DNA of 50,047 bases, the filler included, from Streblomastix strix (taxonomy: Eukaryota): NCBI GenBank assembly GCA_008636045.1. It is 2 parts of 2 records of this genome, joined end to end, with 100 filler letters (N's around TTAATTAATTAA, not from the genome) between each part and the next. Parts side by side here need not be neighbours in the genome. Positions count along the whole stretch, not along the records: positions 1 to 24,980 come from SNRW01000217.1; 1 more part is not named here. One strand, 5' to 3'. The notes beneath the pieces are model-generated. The model worked only from the letters and a program-made list of their open reading frames with translations, was not told where the DNA came from and searched no databases. The number at the start of each line of letters is the position of its first letter. The stretch's first letter is position 1. Shown here piece by piece: positions 1-12,268 of the stretch. The position numbers were made by a program, and so were the translations under genes.

Positions 1-244
1 GACATTGGAGAATCTTGGTTGTTATTTATGTTTAATTGTGTATGAAGCAGTTAAAAACAGCATAAAACGTATAATTTTTAACTTTTTATCGTATTATACA
101 AACAAGCCGCAACGAAATTTGGAATATATTTGAAAATATATTTTTCAAATCTCAGCTAATCGTTTGTTATTTCAAGCAAATAACGCCCGCTTTTTTTTAT
201 TATATAGAATTTTAAAAGTTAATTACATTAAAATATTTTAATTA

Positions 245-2878
245 ATGCCAGTTCTTGAGAATTCTATAAAACTATATTTCAAGACGTAATTATTATTTTT
301 TTATATATATTTTTCTTTTCAAAAAATATTTATATCAAATTATATGATTAAATATCAATAAAATACAATATTACGCATATTTATTATATATTTCGCAAAA
401 ATTTTCAGACGGTAAAACGAATTGGTTCAATCATAAAATTGATAAAATGTTATTTATATTAATATGTGATAAATTATTATGTATGTTATAGATAAAATGT
501 TTAAAATTATAAAATTTTGAGTAATTAAATTTTAACTAATTGTTTGTATTTTTAATATATTATACAAAATTTCAGGCCTAGCTAAACTACTCATCCATAA
601 TCCTGCTCAATAGCCTCCAATTAATTTCTTCCCATCAATTCTATAAAATAAATTAATTTTTTCGATTAACAACCAAATTAATTCTTCATAAGAAATTGAA
701 CACAAATATAAAATATTTTGTGAAGATTTGTAAAAATTTGTAAAGAGTTGGAGTTAAGAAGTGTATGAAGGATCATCAGAGAACAATCTGAATGATAACT
801 CAATTTAATGTTCATTGATAGATTTACTAAATTGTTAAATCTAAATGAAGGAACTAGTTCAAATTCTTCAAGAAAAAAACTTAATTTAATATAGTAAAAT
901 TTATTTTGGGAGAATAGAAGTGGCTGCAAAGTTAGATATTAATTTAAATCAATAACTAATAATTATTCTTAATTACATAAATTGTCATAATAAAGAGAAT
1001 TCTGTTGTCTTCAATGATGTAATGTAAATTGGATCTAAGAAAAATTAGACTGAAGCATTTGATCTAGAAATAATAAACAAGAAGGATAGAGGGAAAGAGG
1101 AGGAGAAAGAAAATATGTAAAAGAATGAGTAAGGAATGAAATTAGGAATTAAATGTGTTGCATGCGATTTACCAATTACATATTTCTCTCATGGTCAATG
1201 CACCGGTTGCCAGCAGTGGTTTCACTATAGCTGTTAGAGTACTTATGAATCAAAAGTTGACATTTTATTATACTGGTGGTGTCTATAGTGTTAAGAGGAA
1301 GATTATTATAAGAAGTTTATGAAAATACAATCAACACATAGAATCAAGGAAATAAGAGAAGAATAACTCAAGGTTTATGTTTAGAGTTTAAGATCAAATG
1401 AATAATAAAAAGAGAAAAAGAATGAAATGTTATGCGAATAATGTAAAGATCCACTTTCAATTCTTCCACATCGCTAGTGTGTATATTGTAGCAAATAATT
1501 CCACACTAGTTGTTAAAGTAAATATTAAAGTAGAAAAGATAAAGTTCTTTATTGGTGGTGCGACAGATGTAAGGAAAATGATTAACATAAACAGTTTATG
1601 AATATTGTATTTAGAAACAAAAATTAAGAAATAAGAGATCAATTGTTAGTAAAATTTGTATAAAACTTAAAATCTTAAGATGGATTGTAGAGTAATGGAA
1701 ATGTTTTGATGGAAGATGATCAAAATTGTAATTATGAATAGAAAAATGAAGGTTCAATGAAGAAAAATTTTGAAGGAGAATAAGATGATTATAATGAAAA
1801 GATTAATAGAAAAATTTTAAGAAATGGAGAATTGGAAGACTAAATAGAGGATGCTATAGACTATGATAATTCTTAGATAGAATTTGATGAAAAGAAAGGT
1901 TAAAATAAAGAAATTGAATAAGATATTCTTTGCTTAAAGTGTCATAATCCAATTGCAACATTTCCTCATGTTTAATGCATAAATTGCAAAAAATAACTAC
2001 ATCTTAGCTGCAGAAGTAATAAAAACAATCGACCATAATAAGTACTTTATTGGTGGTGTGAAAGTTGTAGAAGAAATGATTTACATTAAATTTATATGAA
2101 AATTATCAATTCAAATAAATTGAACTAAAAGGTTATGGATGAATAATTAAATAATTTTGTTGAAAGCTTGCAATCATAAGATGAATTGATGAATAATGAA
2201 AGTGGATAGATAGAAGATGAACAAAAGTAGAATAAGGAATAAGAAACTTAAAGTTAAATGCAGAAGGATAGTGAAGATAATTCAAATTAGTAAAAATTGA
2301 AAAGGAAAAAAAAGAAAAATTAAAAATTAAAAATAAAGGAAGAGTAAATTGGTAAAGTTGATATTGAAACATAATCTATAGAAAGACTTGAGAATGTTCC
2401 AGAAATGAGAAAGAAGAAAAGGAAAAGAAATGATGAAGATAAAAATGAATTAATTAAACAATAAAACCATAAAAATAATTAAGATTATGTAAAAGAATAA
2501 AATGAGAAGAAGATAAAAACAAATAAATAAAAAGAAAAGAAGAATAATTATAAAAGAAAAAGAGAAAGTGAAGAAGTTGATTAAATCATAATATAAAATG
2601 TTCCATAATAATTGGAATATAAATTTTCATAAAGTACTCCAATTATATTTCAATGTAATACTAATTCAGATATTTCACTTTATAATTCAAATCAAAAAAA
2701 CAGTTAAAATGAAATGTAAGTAAAATAAAATAAAGATTAAAAACCATAAGATGAATAAAAAGATTAAAAGAAATAAACCTTGAAAATAAGTTGGAACAAA
2801 TATACCCCATTTTCTCCACTATATTTTTTAGAAAATGGAAGATTTGATCCACCTGAAAATGAAAACTGTTTCCACTGA
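245..2878 (+). CDS. Protein with three PHD-type zinc fingers and a Lys/Glu/Gln-rich tail
   Basis: With TAR=Gln, one frame is open from the CAG acceptor at 575 to TGA 2876-2878. It has three C4HC3 motifs: ~1154 CVAC..CTGCQQWFHYSC..WWCLQC, ~1433 CEQC..CVYC..FHTSC..WWCDRC and ~1931 CLKC..CINC..LHLSC..WWCESC. The GT-AG intron at 481-575 keeps phase. The 5' exons and the start at 245 are uncertain. Confidence 0.75.
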
Positions 2879-2958
2879 TCTTGTTAAACTGCTTGAGGAT
2901 AATAAAAATAATTAATTAAATGATAAATTAAAAATTTTATAAAAATTATACACAAACG

Positions 2959-3630
2959 TATTTATTTCATAAGTGCTCGGAGTGTGTATGATGGAAGAGG
3001 AATTTGGGGTTATTTAGCAATGATATCCAATGTCTGAAATAAATATAAATATAAAATTATAAGATTTTGAAAGAAATAAAAAAATAATTGCAGATTGCCT
3101 TCATATTTGCATATTCCATCAAAAGGAAAGGGTATGGATATTTCTCTTAATATATAATATATCTCATCACAAAAATATTCAATTTCTTTTACCTAGAAAT
3201 GTATGACAGTAAATGGGAATGAGCGAATTTCTAGAAATTTAAAACAAACTTTAAAAGCTCAACATAAGCATCTAATTCTCTTCTATCATATTTCTCCAGT
3301 TGAAAAATTTTCACGGCATAAATATGACCATCTTCGTGTCTATATGCTAGATAGACACTAAATTTGTAAAACGAGTTAAGAAAACATGAAAAATAAAATA
3401 AAAATAAAATTAGCATTTCTTTATACCATCCGAATGATCCTTTTCCTACAAAGAAATAAACAAAGCATAAATTTATATAAGATATATATTTAGATACCTA
3501 GGATGCGAATCGGCTATTGAAGAATCAAAATTATTTAGTTTTTTAAAAAAGCAGAAATACAGTTTAAATAAAGAATGAAAACTAAATATACAGCTAAAAA
3601 GAATGTTCGCAGCATTTTTTCGAAATCCAT
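2959..3630 (-). pseudogene. Truncated Ser/Thr protein kinase (N-lobe only)
   Basis: Spliced translation from ATG 3630 gives PIRILG/KGSFGC/VYLAYRHEDGHIYAVKIF..LMEYANMK/TLDIIAKQPQIPLPSYTLRALMKQI. This covers subdomains I-VIa. No HRD or DFG exon is present before the sequence meets the 3' end of the convergent PHD gene. Confidence 0.65.
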
Positions 3631-3979
3631 TGTGTAGGTATTTATTGTTAATTGACTTTTAACAAAAATTGCTTTTAAATAATATTTTTTTATATTTAAT
3701 ATAAAATATAAATCAAATAATTTAATATGAAATTTACAAAATTGAAATTACTTGTAATCTGTTAATTACTTTTAGAAGATACATATGTAAAGCAAGAAAA
3801 TATATATAGTTAATATTAAATTATTCCAATTTTTATTGGGTTTTATAATATATACCGATAAAACTATGAGTGATTTTGTCAAATAAATAATAGATGATGT
3901 TAAACCAAAGTTAAGAGTGGAAGTATAACTCTACTCAAACTTGTTAACTTGAGTATTTCTGTGCAAAATATCATGAATA

Positions 3980-5581
3980 TCATTTCTTTGTTAAACAAGC
4001 GTAGAAGTCTTTCACATTCATATATTCGGCTTTAGTCACATTTATTTGAAGAACTGCACGAATAGTATTTTCAGGATCAATGTACCCTATTTTCTACATA
4101 AATGGATTCCATGTTGATATTAGAACTTGTTTGTCACTCTGAACTGCAATCTCACACTCAATTACGAAAGAATCACCAGTAGAATCTTTGTATCCTGTTA
4201 TTATTGCATGACTATTATCACCTAAATGTTTAGTCTTATTTCCTATACTTCGACACGTAAAAAAGAATCCTAAAAAATTAATATAAACAAATACAAATTA
4301 ACATTTAATAAATAATAAATAATAATTAGTAACAAAAAATAATATAAATAAAAAATTAGTTCAAAATAAAATAAACCTAGAACAGGAGAATACATGATCG
4401 TACCCATCGCATGCGAACCAACAATACGACAATGAGGTATTACATTCTCATCAATTGTTGTCAAATGCACAATTGTATCTAATCTGCTTAAACTTTTCAA
4501 TATTTGAACATCTTTATCATATTGAATGGGTTCACATACAAGCACTTCAGCATTTGGTTCAAGTATATCAGGACGAGGAGCTGTTAAAGTATGAAGAATT
4601 ACACGTCTTGGTGTGAAGAGTATCACAACAAGTTTCTCATCATCTGGTCCAGAATATCCATATTACTTCATTCCATCATTCCAGATCTTCTTTTTTATTT
4701 CAGGATTAGAACAGATTTTTGCAACTGCATCAACAACTATTTGTGACATCTATACTCGGTCTTCAATAAGTAAAGATACATTCGCATTTGCAACTATTTA
4801 TTTCATCTTACGTGATCCTATTTATGTTATACTAAACAATCCAATTCCATCTTAATGAATAAATGTCATTATTCGAGAATCATGCTCTAATCCATTCATT
4901 GTAATCAAATTTCCATTCTTCATTGGACTGAATGTTTTCTTCAATAATTCTGAAATCTCTTTTGTTTTGAATGGTCCACTTGGAAGAGGAGCAACTTCAT
5001 CTTATCCAATATGATCATATATAGATCCATCAATTGGAACTCCACTATAAATATCTTTCCCAAATCTAACTGAATGTATTGTCAATAGAATCACACGAAG
5101 ATCTTCATCATTCTTTCCACTAAATCCAACTTTCAAAAGATCATCATACCAAGCACTATCAAAAATCTTCTTATCATTTGCAATACGTAATGAGACATGT
5201 GCAACTGCAGAACTAATCCCATTTTATGGATATATGATAATTGTGCCAATTGGATTCTTAGAAATCTATTATAATTTGGAGTTGTTTGATTTCGTAGTAA
5301 TGAAAAAGCCAACATCAGTGTTATACTAAAGATTTACAATTCGTGGAACAGGATGCAGTTTATAAGTAGTTGTAAGGATGGACCATAGGAAATGTTCCTT
5401 CAATGTAAGTAAAAACTTTTCTGCTTCACTCAATGACTTTGATCTGAATAAATTTTATAATTAGTTTTGAATGTCGATTTTCATATTAAAAATAAATTTA
5501 TATTAAGGCATACTCTATTTCATTTTCAACTTCTTTCAATGGCTCATCCAGATGAATCTATTTATCTTGATGATTTGACAT
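3980..5581 (-). CDS. Three-domain PNPOx-like / FMN-binding split-barrel protein, copy 1 (~474 aa)
   Basis: Exons 5581-5514, 5443-4377 and 4269-3980 with GT-AG introns. Three repeats of the pattern L.T....P..R.....G....T...S.K..QI..N......A..A......W......G..G..D, which resembles the general stress protein 26 / PNPOx-like family. Confidence 0.8.
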
Positions 5582-6140
5582 CTACATTGAAAAAAATTAA
5601 AATACATAATTCAAAGAAAATGTGAATAATGAAATGTAATAGAAATAGATAGATTTTTAATTAACTTGATGTAGTTAAATAGAATTTATAAATAAAGTTC
5701 AATTGAAATTAATTTAACATCAAGGATGATGAGAAATGCGAGTTTTATTGAAGAAAAATTATCGGATTTGTGAATGTATTATACAGTTAGTATTTTGTTA
5801 ATTTAAATCAGAATTTTAACTTATTTTGTTATTTTTCATAAATACATTCATATGATTAACCTTGATAAATTCTGAGAAATAAAATAATAAGAAATTTACA
5901 AAACTGAAATAGCTCGTAATCGGTTAATTATTTTTTGAAAATACATATATGAGATAACAAAATACAAATATTTAATATTTTTTCTTTCAATTTTTATTAG
6001 GTTTTATAATAGATACCGATAAAATTATGAATAAATTAGTCAAATAAACACTAGAAGATGCTAAACCAAAGTTGAGAGTGGATGTATAGCTCTACTCAAA
6101 CTTATTAAGTTGAGTACTTCTGTGCAATTCTTAATCCATT

Positions 6141-7600
6141 TCATTTCTTTCTCAGGCCAGCGTAGAAGTCTTTCACATTCACATATTCTGCCTTCTTAGT
6201 GTTCACCTGCAGTACTGTACGAGCTGGGTCTTCTGCTCCTTTGAATCCTTAAGCAGCTAAGAAAGGCTTCCATGTTGCTAATAAGAACTGTTTCTCATTC
6301 TGAGCTACAATATCTGCTTCAATTGTGAAAGAATCACCTGTACTTTGTTTGTACGTTGTTATAACTGCATGACTATTGTGCTCCAATTACAATGTCTTCT
6401 TACTTCCAGAGTGACTACCCATCATATATCCAAGCACTGGATGAAATACAACTGTATTCACTAAACGAGAATGAGGTACTCCATTCTCATCAACTGTTGT
6501 TAAGTGAACTGGAATATCTATTTGACTTAAGCTATTCATCATCTGAAGATCTTTGTCATATTGAATCGGTTCAGCTATAAGCACTTCAGGTACACGACTT
6601 GCCATTGAATGGATACTTACACGTCTTGGAGTGAACAGTATCACAACAAGCTTCTCATCATCAGGTCCAGTGAGTCCAAACTGCCTAAATCCATCTTCCC
6701 ATACTTTCTTCTTAACATCCAAACATGTGCAGATTTTAGCAACTGCATCAATTCCAATCTAAATGAATTTCTATTTGTCTTCTACAAGTAATGCAACATT
6801 CGCATTTGCACGAATCTGTTTGATCTTATTTGAATATCCACCTGTTGTTGCATACAATCCTATATCTTCTTTATAACGAACTTCCATTATTCGACAATCA
6901 TGCTCTAATCCATTCATTGTAATCAAATTGGTATTCTTCATTGGAGTGAATGTTTTCTTCAATAATTCTGAAATCTCTTTTGTTTTGAATGGTCCACTTG
7001 GAAGAGGAGCAAGTTCATCTTATGCAATATGATCATATAAAGATAGATCAATTGGAATTCCACTATAAATATCTTTCCCAAATCTAACTGAATGAACTTT
7101 GATCAATATAACTCTATATATTTCATCCGTCTTTCCACTATATCCCAATTTAAGCATATAATCATCCCAAGCTGCATCAAGTACTTTCTGATCCTTTGTT
7201 ACACTCAATGACACATGTGCAACTGCTGTTTCCATCCCCTTTCCTGGATAAACACTTATTGTACCAATTGGATTCTTTCCAATCTGTTCCATCTTCGAAT
7301 AATACGACCTTGTTGTAATTAGGAATCCAAACTCTGGAATGTGATGAAGGTTGACAACTCGAGGAGCTGGATGCAATTTATCAGTAGTGGTTAGAATGGA
7401 CCACATAAAGTTCTCTTTCAATGTAAGTAAAAACTTCTCTGCTTCAGTCAATGTGTTCGATCTAAATAAATTTTGAATCAATTTTGAAAGAACAAATTTA
7501 ATAATTAAAATTAAATTAATACTATGACATACCCTACTCCATCTTCAACATCCTTTTCTGTCTCATCCAATCGAACACGTTTACTCTGATGATCTGACAT
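6141..7600 (-). CDS. Three-domain PNPOx-like / FMN-binding split-barrel protein, copy 2 (~462 aa)
   Basis: Exons 7600-7533 and 7461-6141 (intron 7462-7532). Supplied ORFs 7020-7481, 6771-6962 and 6387-6722 join into one frame when TAR=Gln. It is a tandem paralogue of copy 1 and ends FYAGLRKK-TGA. Confidence 0.82.
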
Positions 7601-8295
7601 CTACACCAAAATATAAAGAGAAATACAAAAATCAAAGAAAATGTGGATAATGAAATGTAACAGAAATAATCATATTTTTAATTAAATTGATGCATTTAAT
7701 CGTTTTAACAAAATAAGTTCAACTGAAATTAATTTAACATCAAGGATGGCGAGAAATGCGAGTTATTTTTAAGAAAAATTATCGGATTTGTATTTGTGTT
7801 ATACACTTAGTATTTTGTTAATTTAAATCAGAATGTTAACTTAATTTGTTATTATTCATCAATATATTCATGCTTCAAACTTTGGCAAAGGCTGAGAAAT
7901 GATTTTAATTCTCTGATGGAGACTCTGTTCTCAAAATAATTTATAATATTATTGATAAGATAAAACTAGATAATAAATAATAATCTACAAATTATTTCTT
8001 ATTATCTTCCTTCCTAATACAATCCTATTACTCATACTTGGAAAAAACCTATTTTTTCATTCGGACAAGAGTAAAATGCGAACTAATATTTTATTTTTCT
8101 AAATATTTATTCCTTGTAACTTTTTTAATATATTCGCATAGTTTACAATTAAATTATCTTTCATTAAGCTTATTACCCTTGCGTTCCAGAAAATAAATTT
8201 ATTCTAAGTTTTTTTTCAACCATTCATTGTTTATTTACATTTTTTTATCTTTTTATAATTGCGTTTTTAGCTAATTTCTTTGCATTTCCAATCAA

Positions 8296-9222
8296 ATGAA
8301 TTATAGCACAATTGTTCCTCTTACAGGGTCTGTTGATGTTAATGGCGATACTTACACGAAAACCGCCAGGAGTCGAACTACTATTCTAATTGATCCGATC
8401 ATAAAAAGTGGAATATATAAGTTTGAAATTCTTCAATTGGTTTAGATTCATGGTATCCTTATTTTTTCTATTATATTTCCTTTTTAATTTAATATTTATT
8501 TAATATATGAAAAGGCGTTGGGATTGCAGACGAATCTACTGTCTATGGTCGTGGAGAAGGACCTGAAGATGGAGGTAATAACATAATTATATCTATTATG
8601 TTAACAGAAATATAATAATTCACTAATCAATTTTTTATTATTATTGTCTTTACTAGAGGAAAAGAAGATAGTTTATTAGTGGCAAACGTATGATGTTGCA
8701 TTTTATTTATTAATTAATATATTTTTTAATTAATATTTCTATTAGTGGTCCAATGTCAAATGTCCGTGGTGGTTGGGTCACAGGAAACAAATCCTTCGAT
8801 TCTTGCTCACGTATTGCTGTCGAGGTTCATATAATATGTAATTATATAATATATTTCACTAAATAAATGATATAAGAATATCTTGCAATACTTATCTATA
8901 TTATATATTTCATTCAATCAGGTGAACATGGATTCAAAACCAAGAACTGTTACTTTCTTCTACGATGATGTAGAGTAACCAAACTATTGTATAAACATCC
9001 CAGCAGCCATTAGATTCTGGGTATTCATTAATTATATTATATTATTCACACAATCTAATTATATTTATATAACTTATATATGCAAAGGTCTACATATACT
9101 ACGAGACCTCGTCCTTCAGAATCACCAAACTTCAGAAACTGTCGAAGCCCACAGCAAAACACGGGTACAACTCATGCGCCTGGGAATATGGACAGAAATG
9201 GTACCAGAAATAAGCATATTGA
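8296..9222 (+). CDS. Small B30.2/SPRY-like beta-sandwich protein, multi-intron
   Basis: MNYSTIVPLTGSVDVNGDTYTK..TILIDPIIKSGIYKFEI../GVGIADES../RIAVE/VNMDSKPRTVTFFYDDVEQPNYCINIPAAIRFW.., with about 6 short GT-AG introns and TGA 9220-9222. The I.VEVNMDS..RT.TFF..D motif is SPRY-like. Confidence 0.65.
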
Positions 9223-9677
9223 TGCATATAGATATAAATATAGAAGGATTCATATATAATAGAATGAAGAGTGAGTGTTTGTATTTATAGGTTATGGATA
9301 AATCTCTTATTTGATATTCATGATACTCATTCTACTTCTTAGAATTCTGTCTCCTCTGTAATTAAATATAGATATTTCTAAGCTTTATTCAATTTTTTCA
9401 AATTGAACAAATAAATAGTATTTTAAAAAGTCTAATTAGAACTAATCTTTATTTTATTTTATCTGATTGAAATGGTAAAATTGTGTTAAATAAAGATGAC
9501 ATGAAATATAAAAAGGATATAAATTAATAACCATGGCAAATTAATAATTTTTGAATTTTGTATCTGTTATAACCTGATGGAAATGCTTATATTTAATTAT
9601 AACGCTCTTCATTATTTTTTATTGGGTAATAATAAAGTTTGTGATCCATTGCCCGAAGAGTATGGTCATGCTGGTGT

Positions 9678-10868
9678 TCAGTTGTTGAATAGCTTATTTG
9701 TACTTGATTGACTTTAATTCTAGAAAGGATTTGATTGACCTTAATTCCCAAATAAATTACCTCCAATTGATTGACTTTAGTTTCCAAATAAATTACCTCC
9801 ACTTGATTGACTTTAGTTTCCAAATAACTTACTTGTTCCTGATTAAACTTGATTACTGAATAAACCTCCTGTAGTTTGCGCTTGGCTCCCAAATAAGTTT
9901 CCTCCTGTCTAACCAAAACCACTGAATGTATTTGTTGCTGCTGTTTATACCCCCAAAATGTTCTTTTCTCCATTAGTTGATGATTAGGTATTGAATAAGC
10001 TTCCTCCTGAAGATGATGATTAACCACCGAATAAATTACTTCCTCCTGCTGCAGGAGTTAAATCATCAAATACGTTTATTCCCGTTGATTTCACATTTGC
10101 TTCAACATTATATGGGTTTTATTCTTAATTTATCTATTTCTTTCTTTAACCCCCGTCTTTTTCATTATTATTTTGTGCTATTTCTATTTATTTATCCAAT
10201 TTCTATGTTGTACCAATTTAAGACAGATTGTTTTATACCTCATTGTCTAATGTAGTAACTGAATCAGCAACTGAACTCAAACTTTGTTAATCCTTTGAAT
10301 GTGGCAATCTTTCATTCAGAGCTTCTCTATCTATAAAGAGATATTAATCGTCTGTATGGTTTCTGCTACTTCCTTTCTACATATCAAATGTATCTTCCTT
10401 ATTTGGGTCTAATGCTTATTATATCTCATTGATCTCTTAGTCCAACAATGATATTTGTGTATTAATTGCATTAGCTAATAAAAACATCTCCAATCTATTT
10501 TATACTTAATCATCTCCTTTATTATCTTCAATTTATTTACCTACTTTGGTTTCTAAGCATTCTAACTATTTGAAGAGTTTTTGCTACTCTTTAAGTATTG
10601 GTGATAATATTGTTTAAACATTTTCTTATGAATTTTTTTGTGAAGTGAAATTTTCCATTAGATTTTTAATCTGAATAACCGCATACAATACGTAAGATAA
10701 TAATATAAATAAAATATTAAAATATGAAGATACTTTATCTTGATTTTTCATAATCAGTTCATTCCTTCTATGCACAGCTTCCGCTTGTCTGTCATATTTC
10801 TTCTTCAAAACATCTAATTCATCTTTCCAAGCTTCTTCTAGATTTTTGGCAGTGAGATCTTACGACAT
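9678..10868 (-). CDS. FG-repeat nucleoporin-like protein: N-terminal Nsp1/Nup62-like coiled coil, C-terminal (N/S)LFG repeats
   Basis: Begins MSQDLTAKNLEEAWKDELDVLKKKYDRQAEAVHRRNELIMKNQDK/IKNL.. with an intron at ~10671-10733. The C-terminus contains GGSNLFGG, GGNLFGSQ, SKLFGNQSQSSGGNLFGNQSQSIGGNLFGNQ and ends at TGA 9678-9680. Confidence 0.65.
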
Positions 10869-12268
10869 TTGTCGTTATCTAAAATAAAAAATAGCAATTG
10901 AATTTAATTCTTGTTTATTAATGTGTAAAATAAAACAAGAATGCATGAAACTTTGTGAGGAAAATACAATTCTGATTTATTTAAGAATTGCAATATATTT
11001 ATTGGTCAAATTTATATGGATTTATGCAAAATTAAAAATACATTGAGATAATATAACATTTTTATATAGAATAATTAGAAAATATAATTTATTTAGGCAG
11101 CATCAGACGTTTTTTTGATTTGGTGTAACGAAATTGGCAAATGTTTTCATTCTTATTGAAAATGGAAGAAATGTTTATTATAAATATAAATATTTTATAA
11201 CTTATCAAGAAAACTTGTTCGTTAATGTTGAATATTTTATTTTTTTGTATAAATCAATTTCTAGTCTTAATAAATAAATTAAATAAATAATATATCACTT
11301 CACCTACATTAAAATATATATACAACCAAGAAAAATATCTTTATCAATAAATATATATTTTTTAACTGATGGAAATGACCATTTAAATTTTTTGCATAAA
11401 AATACAATTATTAAAGGTACAAGAACATGCGGGCATTTGGAATTTTCATTTTTATTTGAAAATTACTTATTTATTACTTATTTTTATATAACAAATGAGA
11501 CAAGAATAATGTTCACTTTATAAATCAGATTATAGGAGAATCTTTTCGAAAGATGTTGATTTGAAAGAAGCTAAAGAAATACTTGGCCATCTATGTGATG
11601 CAGTTTTATGAGTTAACTCTGACGATCTGATGAAGAATATGAACGTATCTTTATACTAAACCATTTAATCGAATCTCGGTGAATGTAATTTCAAAAAACA
11701 AATAATGAAACAAAATAATCTCCTATATCTCCATTTTCTGAAATTTCAACTCAATTGATAAGAATCTACATTTGTATGATGAAACGATAAACTATCAAAT
11801 ATATCCTGTTAGATCTTTATACTTCAAATATTGAAAGAAATGTTTCTACTATTTATAAATTATGATATTGATAAAGAAGAAAATGAAGTTTATTGTATAA
11901 AGGAACGATTATGATGAAGAAAGTGATAATAACAATAGTTAATAAAGAAAGGAAAAGATTAGCAGGATAAAGAAGAATGAAGATTAATATAATAGAATTG
12001 GAATGAAACAATGAAGTATTGCATCAGCAAATTTAATTCATGTTTTATAAATGTCATATTATTTAACTTTTAAATATTTTAATCACCATTTCACAATATA
12101 TAGAATAAGCATAATTAACTTAAGTGTTAAATATATGATTTTATTTAAACAAAGCTCTTATATAGATATTAAAACGATATGTAAAATTGAAAAAAAAAAC
12201 CCTCATTGATCAGGAACTTCACTTGCAAATATGCTTCTTACTATGCAATTGCTTCCATTTCAAATCAT

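Larger units (their letters stand above)
3730..7900. repeat. Tandem duplication of a ~2.1-kb PNPOx gene unit including flanks
   Basis: Non-coding blocks recur: 3730-3960 matches 5890-6120, and 5640-5880 matches 7660-7900 (e.g. GAGAAATGCGAGTT..AAGAAAAATTATCGGATTTG at 5731, 7751 and 19321). Confidence 0.9.

Noticed and set aside
9593..10027. Supplied 144-aa ORF with YLETKVNQ repeats
   Set aside because: Wrong frame. The adjacent TAR=Gln frame gives LFG nucleoporin repeats and is continuous with the upstream coding region.
11495..12005. ORF-like stretch starting MRQEQCSLYKSDYRRIFSKDVDLKEAKEILGHLCDAVL
   Set aside because: There is an in-frame TGA after 38 codons and no convincing splice model or recognisable motif. 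At most it is a degraded gene.
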